The notes under the pieces are model-generated. The model ran no database searches. It was not told the origin of the DNA and saw only the letters and a program-made list of their open reading frames with translations. From Bugula neritina (Eukaryota; Animalia; Bryozoa): a stretch of DNA of 64,000 nucleotides. Location: the NCBI GenBank assembly GCA_964035545.1, contig OZ037767.1:25622628-25686627 (forward strand), given 5' to 3'. Each line of letters starts with the position of its first letter. The first letter of the stretch is position 1. Both the position numbers and the translations under genes were made by a program. This document shows positions 40,464-53,000 of this stretch, piece by piece.

Positions 40464-41291
40464 CCTCAGTTGAGGTAGGACTTCGGCAGCAACTGGAGAG
40501 TCTATAGGGAAGCCTCTAGTTACAACTTACATTAGACCAGGGTTAGCGCTTGTTACAGCATTTGCCGTTTTGTAATTAGTTATTAGTTATTCACGAATTG
40601 TTCATGGCAGAAAACTAGTGTAGAATGTTTTTCCTAGATGATATAGAGACAAGCTCTCCTCTGGCAGCCGCTCGAGTGGTTACAGTTACAAGCTCCCTGT
40701 CTTCAATAATCTCATCATAGGCTCTGGATAAAGATCGGTGTTGATCCTCAGTAAATACAGTCGATGATTTTTTCGTCTGTCTCCCAGCGACCGGAGTCCT
40801 AACTCACCCCTCGCCTCAGATACACTGTCAGCGCGTCCCTTCATATTACTTATGAACAGTATGGCGCTGTTTTAGACCAGCTCTATATCATGCACCTTAC
40901 TTCTAGCCGCAGGATCCCAAACCACATCTGCATAATTGAGTATGGGCCTACATAGACTTGTATAAGCCAATAGCTTAGCATCTTTAGGAGCATCACACAT
41001 CACGTGCTTGAAACCGCCAAGAATTTTTCGGGACTTGGTACACTTATTATTTATATGCTGATCAAATTTTAGATCTGACTGGATGATTACCCCAAGGTAT
41101 TTAGTGCTTTCTGCCCACGCAAGGTATGTGGTACCGAGTTTGTAGTGTGATATGGGGGTTACTTTACCAAAATTAATGGCTTGGCATTTCGTTTCATTGA
41201 AGGGCATTTTCCATTTTAAAGACCACTCATATACAGCATTAATGTTAGTTTGGACTAGTTCTGCATCCTTTGTGGTATTCACAGTTTGGTG
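40464..41291 (-). mobile_element. 5'-truncated non-LTR retrotransposon (CR1/L2-group LINE): RT C-terminus and 3' UTR, disabled
   Basis: WSLKWKMPFNETKC..KYLGVIIQSDLKFDQHI..AYTSLCRPILNYADVVWDP is the typical post-YADD region of CR1-group ORF2; premature stop at 40872 with similarity continuing (SVSEARGELGLRSLGDRRKNHRL); 8-bp TSD AGTGATTA at 40456-40463 and 41292-41299. Confidence 0.88.
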
Positions 41292-41299
41292 AGTGATTA

Positions 41300-41650
41300 A
41301 GCTATTATCATTATGATTATGATAATAATTATACCATTATCATTGTGATTATCATTTAAACTTGAAGTTGATCATTATAATTATAAATGTCAAGTACAAT
41401 ATGCATATGATCATAATTATCATTATGACTATAGAATTAACTATAAATATTTATAATAATAATCATAATGATATATTTAATTTTATAATAATAATCATAA
41501 TCATAATGAATATTAATTTTAAATAATAAAATATGATCAGACGGAGACTCAGAGACAAAATTAACAATATATATTATTTATAAATATAAGTTTATTGAAA
41601 AACTTTCATCAATAGTACATGATAAATCTAACTTAAATCACAAGTTACAA
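41300..41650. repeat. Degenerate ANT-ATN low-complexity tract (right of the LINE)
   Basis: ctattatcattatgattatgataataattataccattatcattgtgattatcatt... Confidence 0.75.
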
Positions 41651-41684
41651 ATATTATTAAAAAATTATGATGAGAAAACTGAAA

Positions 41685-41890
41685 CTGACCCACTACAAGA
41701 AAACAAATTAAATCGAAAATTAGTTACGGCTTAACCGGAAGATACTCGAAAATGAGTAGAGTTGTCCTCCTACAACCAACACAACTTTCTAGGGAATCCT
41801 AAAACACTGTTACTAAGTCGAAAATTGGTTGAAGGTTGAAATTTTATTGGCTTGTTTATTCAAATTTTTTCTACAAACAGCTAGTAAGTA
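41685..41890. promoter_or_regulatory. Inferred compact bidirectional promoter for NCSTN (minus) and SDHAF3 (plus)
   Basis: ETS-like CCGGAAG at 41735-41741 with local CpGs; minus donor TGG/GTCAGT at 41689 (candidate acceptor 36594), plus donor GTAAGT at 41884 (candidate acceptor 42870). Confidence 0.55.
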
Positions 41891-41919
41891 GTATAGTTTG
41901 AGTAAAATAAAAAATAAAC

Positions 41920-42190
41920 TATTACATTTAGTTTTACTGTAATAATAATGATAATTATAATTGATGATAAACTTTCTCATTGCTATTGTAATTGTGATAC
42001 TAATGTCTGATAGTGATAATGAAACAACTTAAATTTAATGGTGAATAAATTTAAAATTCAATCTGATGAAATAAAAATTAAATCAACAACACCAATACTC
42101 AATAGTAATATTTATATTTAAGTTATATTTGTTATCAACAATTGAAATTATCAACAAAAAAATTAATGAAGTTATAATTATTTGACTCAA
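41920..42190. repeat. Degenerate ANT-ATN / AT-rich tract in the SDHAF3 5' intron
   Basis: aataataatgataattataattgatgataa...tgtgatactaatgtctgatagtgataatg. Confidence 0.6.
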
Positions 42191-42883
42191 GTATTTAATG
42201 GCATTTACACTGCTCAACAATTTAACAAATACTCAATGAATAATCATTATGTGCGTGTATTTGTGACCTATAAAATAATAGTGTCATTTGAAGTTTACAA
42301 GTGTCAAATTTTATTATTATTAGTCTACTGAATTGCAAGCTACTGCTAGTAAATTTGTTACTGATAAACAATAAAATTACTACCAGAAAAGCTGTTAGTC
42401 GCGCGGCTCCATACCAAATTGAAACCATTACCATGCACCAAATTGGTGTTTATTTAAAACACGTCAACTTTTGAAATGATTTCTTGCTGCACAAATATAC
42501 CTGTAAAACTAATTAATTGCCTAGTACAATGCCAGATGAGGGAATTTTATTGTGAATCAACTAATCAAGTAGTAAACTAGAATAGAATGATCTGTATCAG
42601 ACTCCATCTCTATAGATTGCAGAAGAATAAATGCTAATTTATTATGTTTGATAAAATTTTGCTGCTTGCACTCTCTTGCTTATAATTAATCATCAAGTAT
42701 TATTAATAATATTTTTTGACTATATGTAGTAATGAATTTGTTTTAAGGTTTCCTGTTTTATCATAATCGACTATACTGCTTTATTTATATAACACAACAT
42801 TTTTCTAGCACTTTATTGTATTAATACAGCTTATTTTCAAAATTTACCTGTTTCGACATTTGCTTTACAGACTGTAATACCAG

Positions 42884-43534
42884 ATGTCAACTTTAAATCA
42901 CCAACAAAGAGTCAGATTGTTATATAAATCTATACTAAGACTTCACAGATCTCTACCTAAACCAATGAAGGAACTAGGCGATAGGTAGCTATTATACAAA
43001 TTATTCTTATTGCTGAAGTATATATAAATTTTTCTTGGGGATAAATGTCACTCGAATATTGCTGCTCAGTTAAATGCTATCAAGTTCAACATAATTCAAG
43101 TTTCTTAACCGCTCTAATCATTTGTGCTGGTGATTTTATGTTATTATACATTTTATGAGTAGATCTATAGCAAAGTAATACTTTTTCAGTTCTTACTTTA
43201 AAATCGTGCACTCCAGACCAGTCTATAAGTAATTAGCATACTGGGTTGAGAAAAAATATTTTGAAAAAAAATAAAACTCCTCAAATGTGTATTGCCATAT
43301 TTTAGTTATGCTAAAGAAGAGTTTAGGAGACACAAGAAAGCAAATGAAGCTCACACGGCATTGTTTATGAAAGAATGGACCAAATACTATGTAACACTAT
43401 CAAACCAAGTAGGCAAAAGCACTAGCAGCAACTTTTTAGGACAGAAGATGACAACCGAAACTTTAGATAACTTTACAGATGATCAATTAGTTCAACTGCA
43501 TGAACTGTATACAGAGCTAAAAGACGAATCTTGA
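42884..43534 (+). CDS. SDHAF3: Succinate dehydrogenase assembly factor 3 (ACN9/Sdh7, LYR family), 109 aa
   Basis: Exons 42884-42984 and 43306-43534 (phase 2): [72 protein letters not shown]; LYK tripeptide, LGDxYxKxEFRRHK and QxxQLxEL are the family pattern. Confidence 0.95.
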
Positions 43535-44097
43535 TAGAGCGCCGTCTTTGTGATTTATAACAATAGAAGCTACTTTTTCAAATGAGCTGAATCGACAAGA
43601 CATTTTAGCAAATGTTTTACTGCTTTGGTGCATGGCAAGTGTTAATGTTGACTATTTTTTCTTATTGGCATGAAAGAAAATTATGCAGTTATAAGAAAGA
43701 ATACCAGATATAAGATGAATTGAGAATAAAATGTATTCCTTTGCACTCAAAATATGAGTACACTAATAAATAGTGTAATAACAAATGAGTTGGCAACTAT
43801 GGAAAGTTTTTTGCATACTTCAAACAAGACTTTGGTTTTGAGCTCTCACAGAGCAAAAGGTAAAGAATAATTAAGGAATAAAATTCTAATAAAATATGAA
43901 AACAAATATCAAATATTAACAATGGCAAAAATAAATAAATACTAAAAAAGTCCCCTCCATAGTAGCAGGCTATAGCAATACGCTGTTTGCAAATACCATT
44001 CATAATTGTTAATGTTCTGTGTTCAATTGCTTCAAGAGTAAAAGGTAGTAATTTGGTTTACTAGTCAATGGCTGAAAGCAGCAATATGAACAGCACC

Positions 44098-47000
44098 TTA
44101 ACCATTTTCTAAACTTGCTACATGGCGCAGAATGTCCTTTTTTGTGATAATACCAAGAAGCCGTCTACAAATATAAAAAGAACCACAGCATGAAGAAATT
44201 ATTTCTGAAGCGAGACTACAATTTCAAAAACTTGACAAACCATTCAGTTCAGTAAACGAGATATGCCCTCTTTTTGTTAAAATTTACAACTCTCCCATTT
44301 TTAACAAAGAGTCATGCCGATGAGCTCCAATAAAAATTAGTATTTCAGCTAACAAGCTGTGGCAGGTTCGAAAATTTAATCAAAATAAAATATTTTGACA
44401 TGCTCATGATCTAAATTCAAAATAAGTCCAAAAGAATTTAACAAAAAACAATCTATCCAAATTTTTACTTTGTGTAGCTCACCCACGATGAAAAATAACC
44501 GACACATCTAGCATGCATTAATTTGATGGCAAGATTGATTGTGCTAGCAGCATCATATGCTCATATATATAATAGCAACCAGTAACAAAAAGTCCTAATC
44601 TGACCCGTTACCTTATTGAGATTATATATATCACAATCATAAAATATTTTATTCATTTAGTGTTCTCATACCCGTTATGAGTTACTAAAGTATATCGCAA
44701 GCCCAGCTTCCTAAACATTTCGTATACTGTTTCCATTGGAGTCTGGTCCGTTATAGTGATGGGTGCCTGCAGCAAAATAACAACCAATGTACAAAAATGT
44801 TCAACCAATTTTACACAACACAATGTTTTGTAAAGGCATTTGCTACAACATGGGAAGATAAACCTTACATAACGCATTTATAAGACATTTTGGTCTCTCG
44901 ATATCACACATTTTTTTTTTAATGCTTTCTAATTATTTAATTAAATACCAGTTGACAAAAGACCTATAAGATTCATATAAATTACATCTACCTAATCTGC
45001 GCATGCCCACGGTCTGGCAGTAAGAAATGTTTAGAGTGTTGGATGGTTTGTTACAGAAGACAAATGGGTAATTGCAATAGAGTTCTTTTCTTTCTAGTTC
45101 ACTAACAACTATGAAACGAACCAAACCCACTTACTGTGTCCTTACTTATTAAGCATAGTTGGAACCCCATTTAATATAGGCATTAAAAAATTAAATTGAC
45201 TGATTTTAGTTTTATTTCAAAGAAAACCTTTAATTTCACATCTCAGTTATTCTTACAACTACATGCACATCTCTTAAACCAAAGAAATCCCAAAATGCTA
45301 GCAACCACTTACTAAATCCACAATTTTTCTCAATCTAAGAGGTGAAGGTTGATCGCTCGTGTGCATATCAGCAGGATATTGCGGAGTGAAGTACACTCTG
45401 GACTCTGGCATTACTGTACACCTTTTTCTTGCATTGTCTATCATAAACAAATAGCATCTATCATTAGTAAGACCAGTCATAAAGTTGAATAATAAATGCA
45501 ATAGCATGTTGGCAGTTTTATACATGTGCATTTTTGCACCAATAGAAATTTGATGACTGGAATTTTTCTTAACCTTTTTTCCTGAAGCATTTAAAAAAAA
45601 ACTTTAGACCTAATTATATTGCAATGAATTACCAATTTGATGATCATATTACCTATAATTATATAAATATATCGTTAATTAGCAACTTTTGTCGGGCTGC
45701 AAATAACCAAATAAAATGCATTATACTAAACGCATCTTCACAATCAAACACAAGTAAAAAAGCTAAGCAGTATAACATATCAAAAAGAAGCACTACACAA
45801 TGCAAACGATTAAAAGGAAGAACAAAGTATTGTATAACACCAACCCAAAGCATTTCTGAGATCTCTCCGCTCAACATAGCCTACGAGATGCTGAGATTCT
45901 TTAGATACAACGACAGGAAACCCCTTCACCTTCGTTACTTTTAGAAACTTCTCTGTAAATGAATCAAATGAAGTTTGCTGATATAGCAACACGTTGCATG
46001 TTGAATTGATACTTCTATGTTGCTTTAGTGATCACACTGAAAACTTCCAAAACAGGTACAATCCTTACGAAAAATCTTTTTCCAAATCTAATGGTTACTA
46101 AAAACAAATTTTCTAAAACACCATTAATCATACTATGGTAAAGAATAAAGTGCACTAAATATTCTTAAAACGCTTTTGAGATACGAACCTATGTTGGCGA
46201 CAGTCATGGAATTTTGAGTGAGAACAGCTAAGGGAGGATCATGATGTTGAGGTACCATGCAATCAGCTGCTATTGAAGTGTGTGTAAATTCTTCCTTATT
46301 GTCTAAGAAAGGGTAGTTATTCAGAGTAATGTGTGCATCATATCTATGTCATCACATGTCAAGGTCAAAACTCATCAGTGGCTAGAGAACAGACTACTTT
46401 ATATGCGGCCATGGGCGCTGCTCAGGTAGATGGAAACTAGAACATGTGACCATGTTAGGTGACAGCATGGAAAATTAAAAATATGTTTCCACATCAACAA
46501 ACTAGTTAATACAAGAGCAGGCAGCAGTTGTTAAGGATACATTCCTTCCGATACAATGCTGTCGGCCACCCATTTGCTCGTCATGATAGCTGCCATAAGG
46601 GGTACAATGTATTGGAGGCCACCAGTTAACTCAAACATAATCACCACCAGCGATACTAAAAGGAGTGACAACCATATGCAAGGTAACACGTAAACACTGA
46701 AGTATACATACAAGATCCTAATGTAGGTTGATCAGCTTCCAATGCTTAAAATTCACTATTGTTAATGAAGGTTTCGTGATGTTAATTCAAAGGTAATGGT
46801 GAGTGTTTGAAAATTCTCCTTAAATTAGGTTAAGATTTCATTCGACCTAAGATTTTATTATGTTTCTAACTAATCAATATATTATAATGCTTAAAAATAT
46901 CAAAATATTGAGTCCAGAGATTTCTATTCATATATTTATTCTTTGAGAGTGACCCAGAAAACTTGCTGTGACAGTGAAAGTCTTAGAAAATGAGTAGAGA

Positions 47001-50000
47001 GTTCCTAGACTGATCTGAAATTCAGAAGTGCTACTCAAAAGCACACAGAACTCATAAGAATATAAGTATACCAGTCATCTTTGTAACTCCGCCGAGGGCT
47101 GCCGCTGCCCCGATCATGGCATACAGCCCTGGTTCCACACAAGACTGGTCAGATCTACACAGATTCTCAAATATTGGAAGATTCTGGTTAGCTCTAAAAA
47201 TAACACATATATATCGGCTTCATCAGTGTGTCAATACTTAGTAACTTAATTGTAGATTGACAAACAGGAGTTTTCTTCTCTACCATTTTTATTGATGTCA
47301 AATACAACATACAAGAGGCTCAGTATGTACATGTCCTACAATAATGGAATCAAACCTTTGAATTAAAACACTTACAATGCTAGTTGTTCTATTCCTATAC
47401 CCACCATGCGCCCAGTGATGGCTCCAATACATAGACTCGGTATAAACAGACCTGCAGGAACCTGTCAGAACACATCATACTTGTTGTGATACTTTATAAC
47501 ACTGTTACAGGAGCAATAAACATAGCCTATTCTCCAGGAAAAAAATCTCAGTACTTCCTTTTAGAATTTAGACTATTAACAGTCGAATCTATGCCAAACT
47601 AGAGTCAAATTTAAAGGAGAAAGACCAGAAATGCAACAGTGTACCATCACAATAAACAACTTTAGGCATGCACTGATAAGGAACAGGTAAGAGGTTTGAG
47701 TGTTTACCATCACTTAATGAAATTTAGAGTAAAACAGCCTCACCTCTTTTCACCATGACATGTAATGACAAACATGCACTATACACTAACCTTGATGCCA
47801 AAGGTAAAGATGGTGATGGTGACTTTAAAAACAAGGGCTAAGGACAGCTGCCACAAGGCTGTCTGGATGCCGGGACCAATGGCAGAGCTGCTCAACCCTC
47901 TGTGCGCTGTCTCTGCGGTCCTGTTGACGTAATCACAGATCCCTTCAGAACTCTCGTGACTGCAAGCAGCTATCAACTCCCGAATAAGCTCACTGGCACT
48001 TTTTCTGCAGATAATGCAACAGATTGTATCTTTTCATTACTTGAAAGATATAATAGGAAGAACAATATAAATAGACGTAACGTATCAGATAAAATTTATG
48101 GAGCAGCTATAACAGTAATATCCATGCACTGTCTTCTAAAAAAACCACTATTATTTATACAATATAAAGAGGTTATAAGGAACAAAATGTAGGCGTAGTA
48201 AAGGCATGTTTTTATATTCTTATAAACCTTGAAATTTATTGAACATGAATAATATATTGCTTTGTATACTCTCAACTATTGCCTTCATTCAACAATATAG
48301 ATCATAGAAAAGTACCTTTTAACTTTACATAATGCATACACAATAAAATCATATTGAAAAAATAAACTCTTCTAGAATTTTTAAAAATTAAAATAAAACA
48401 AAATTAAAATAGCTGAAAAATCCAAGTCACAATTTGAATTTTATCAGCTTCTGATATATACAAGGAAACTTTCCTGCAATATGGGAGATATTTTTCCTGA
48501 TGTAGAAATATGTATGTTGAATAAATTTAGTAAACTTTCAGTTCATTGAACGATACAAAACAAAATTGATGAGATTAGAAATACAAAATGTAATTTTGAT
48601 GACACCATAAATCTGATAAACTCATTAACCAACACATGAAATACTATTCAGCTTATATCAACAAGTTGCAACACGAAACAACTTCCCACAAATTGTATAA
48701 ATTACAAGCTTACAGGAAGCAAATGCAAGTTGTGAAAACCATTTGAGAGATTCACAATAATTTCAAAACTACTGCAGACAATGGATGGATACACCTGCTG
48801 GCGATGTCACAGGTCTACAAAAAAAATCATAGAAGAACACCTTTCAGCCTGTATCAGCATTGCATTGTATGGTCTGAAGTCTGGAAGTGCAGAAGCCGAA
48901 TTGCTGCTTACTCTAGCTTAGCCTAGGGCCACACGGTGCGTATTTTCGCATGCGAAAATTGAAATCGCAAGTAGCAAAGGTGTCCACTGTAGCGTCAGTG
49001 ATGCGTGACAAATAAAGCTTTCATTTTTAAATCGCACTCGCTTTCAATAAAACGCAATTCACTGGAATAGAGCACTAAAATAAAGAAATTGGGCTCGCTG
49101 AATAACTACCAGCCAATTAGGTGACGACGACAGAGACGATTCGCACTTGCGTTGAAAATGCAGAGTGACAAGTGCGAACGTTTTCTCAACGCGCACAGTG
49201 GACACCTTTGCTACTTGTGATTTCAATTTTCGCATGCGAAAATACGCACCGTGTGGCCCTAGGCTACAACTACATAATATTTGTAGATTGTTTATTTGGA
49301 TTGCTCTTTAAGTTTTACAAAAAGCAACTTCCTAAAAACAAGAAGCTAAATACAGATCTTCCGACCGATCAAATTTTGGATAAAAACACAGAAATATCGG
49401 CAGAATTACGTACATATGCATATACGATTACATTGTTATGTGCATATACGATAACAATCTTTCGCTCTCCCCGTGTAATCAAATTATCCTGCATATATAA
49501 AATAACATTTTCGAGTGTGACTTGCCGAGTAATGCTAATGGAATGGATGTTGCAATCAATGAGTAAGATATAAACTGCTGCTAGCTCCACCTACACATGG
49601 CATGTTTTAGTAACTTGATACACACATATTAAATAGTTCACGCGTCAATTCACGATCATCGAAAAAGTGCTGTATACATCAAAGCCCTCGATAAATTTTT
49701 TAGTATCAAATGCAAGATATGTGAAACTGTAAAATTACAGAATGCTTACTATTCAAGCATTGTTGCTCCAGTACTGTATAGTAAATGTGCAGGCATCATA
49801 CAATTGTCATGATTCAACAGAATGCTATGCTAGAGGAGCAAGTAAATGCATTACTGAGTTGTGATCATATAATCTTTCACCACTACTTTTTTCTTTAAAA
49901 ATGATTTACGATTGGGTAAAATGCCTTTTTCAGTAAAGAAATACATCAAGACTTGTAGTAATGACAACTCCAACTAACTATGCATCTCCATTGAGCTACA

Positions 50001-53000
50001 TTTATGACCTGGATAAATATATTTAGTAACAGCATAACCTATTGCCTATTTAGATGCTAGGTGTTGAGAAACCAAATATCAAATACCTAACCTACAAAAA
50101 AAAATCATGTCAAATTATAAAACTATTTTAAACTTGTAAATATTTATATGAACGAAAGACAAGTTGACTGACATTTCAGAGTATCCTGTATCAGGGGAGA
50201 GTCAGCTGTAAATTGACCTTTGGCCTTTTAAAATAGCCGGCAGTGACTAGAACATTCTGGAACCACAAATGCCGATTGAGGTGAGTAATGCTAACATGTG
50301 TGGCAAACTTATCACGTTTTTAGTGAATAATTTTTAAAAATAAAACCAAAGTTTGCGTTATATCTAAATAAATATTTGTAAAAAAATTGGCTGATTTTAT
50401 CATGAATGCAGTGACACATTATGATAATCACACACCTCATTTGATATGTAAATCACAGCTGATCAAAGTTTAAGCAAATTAATGCTAAGTTTTGTAAAAC
50501 AAATGATAAAATAATGCCGTAGATAGGTTTTCTCAGAAGCATATCAAGTATAGCAACATAGAAATCTCTTAACATAAAACCTCGCATTAGTCGATGACAA
50601 GAATAAGTTCTTGGACCTAATCACTAGCCATGATGTAATCCAGACACTAATGTATGGCAAACACAATATTGTTTTCAAGTACAGAAAATTGCAGTCGCAT
50701 CATGACCCAGCTTTACTGTCATAGCATGTAAATTACCCAAAACATGGTGCTCCAAGTACACAATCTTCATTAGCATAATGGTGTAAACTCTTGAATAACT
50801 AAAATGCAACTTGGTTTTCAGACGGCAGTGCCAGCTGATACTGAATAATCATGTAACACATTATGTAATAGCAAACATGACATGAACTTATGGTGACAAC
50901 TGGACACAATCACTGCTATCTATAACTGAATCTTCAGTCATAATATTATGACTTGCCTATTAGACAACTGGTAACAATTTTATCACTTTGAGCATTACTT
51001 ATCTTTACTTCAAAAAAAATATCTTGTAACTAAAAATTTAGTTTTTATTTATAAAAAGAGGCAATAACTATTTATTAACCTACCATGTGAACAAAATACC
51101 AATGTCAAAAAGTAAACTACAAAAAAAACAAACAAAAAACAGGAACAGCTACATGAGGAAGTTTGAGAAAATTCCAAATGATTACCAGTTACAGATTTTT
51201 CCTTATAATGTATACTGGTAAGAGTTAACGAACCGCTTGTTTGGCATTATACAAAGTGACAACACATGTAGCGGAAATAATCTCACCTTGTATATGGGTT
51301 GGGGTAGGCAAGTAGCCCCGTAAGAAGTGTAATCACAAGAACCTCTGCTATGGGATAGTTTCCCAGTCTACTGGTCTTCCTTAGCTTGCACCATAGTATG
51401 TTACATTTTATAAAGAGAGCACCAAAGAGGCCCTGCAAAACGAGTACATTGGTTGTAGATTAGAAAAGTAATTGTAAGAATAAAAACAGAATGATATCGA
51501 TACCAAAAATTATATCGTGTCATGAATCAAAGCAACAATTGAAAACAAGCAGTTTCAGTTAATGTTTCAAATAAATATTTCATAAAATCATTGAAACGAC
51601 TTGTACTGCGCACAATATACGAATCAGTTCAAGTCGAAACTGTGTGATAAGGCTCCAACTGTGTAAAATTAAAGACAGTTTAAGCAGTTTATTGATAGAA
51701 TGGAAAACTATATGCTGTGTCTGTTTAAAATATTTTATACTTGATGGAATAATATTATGTTGAAAAACTCATTTAATATTTTCACTAATATTTCAAATGT
51801 CACTAAAATAAAGTTGTTTTCAATCTGAAGATGACATTAGCCAAACATTGAAAGTCAAATACTGATAATGAAAGTATAAATAAAACTAGTTCAACAGTTC
51901 AAACACGAAATATCATTTCAAGTATGCATAAAGCTTCCAGTTGATCGTATTTAGAGTCATTTACCCAAATATAACAGAATCAATTGAGAATACAACTCCT
52001 AATTACATGATAATGCATAACAAAATTATGTTGGAATGGAATATGTTATATGGAGGAGTGTTGTTTGGTAGGTCTATGCACTGCATACTCATGATTTTTC
52101 TCTCTGTTCAGCTTAAATTGTAGCTCAAGTAATCAACTCAACAGTGCTAGCATTTTATAAGGATTTAAAAGCCGTGGTGAAGAGATGCATGTTTCAATGA
52201 AGGAATTATCAGCTATAAAATTATTTCCCGCAGATTTATCAATGCCCTAATTTTTATATTCCAACTTCCAAGATTAGATACTAAATACTAATTTATAACA
52301 ATAGAGAGGAACTAACCCCAAGAGCTCCGAGTCCCATGAAGGGAACCAGCTCAATCAAATACCAGGGTCTTTGATAGTAGTTAATGTTAAACATTACAAG
52401 ATGCTTGTTTCCAAACGGATTAATTGAGCGCAGCACGAAGGCGGCCACCAGAGCCGAGAAAAAGGACCTCCACAGGGTCTTCATAGGGAAGTAGTAACTC
52501 GCCTGAAAATACGGACAAATAGTTTCTAAATTAATGTTTTCTATATTGATTATCGCTGCCGAGGGACGTTCTTATGCCTTCTTCTGGCTAATATGGCGTT
52601 ATAACATTACAGGCTGACTTTGAAGCTAACCTCTAATCAATTCAAAAAGGCAACAAATCTCACTGCTCACATATATCCACATATGCAATGAACACTACAA
52701 TATAAAACAAAGTAATATAGTACAACATCATTAAACTAGGAACATTCAATTAAGAAAACTGATCATTTAGGAGTTGCGACACTAAAGTACGACAAATCTC
52801 ACTACCAACATAATAAACACTATAATATAAAATAACCTAATATAACACAATACGATGTCATTACATGGAATATTTAATAAACAGAAGTGAATAGTTAGGA
52901 GTTGTCACACCGCAGTACAAACCTCCTCCAGACTGAACAAGACTCCACCTACTGGTGCACCGAATGCCACACTGACTCCGGCAGCAGCTGATGCTGACAG

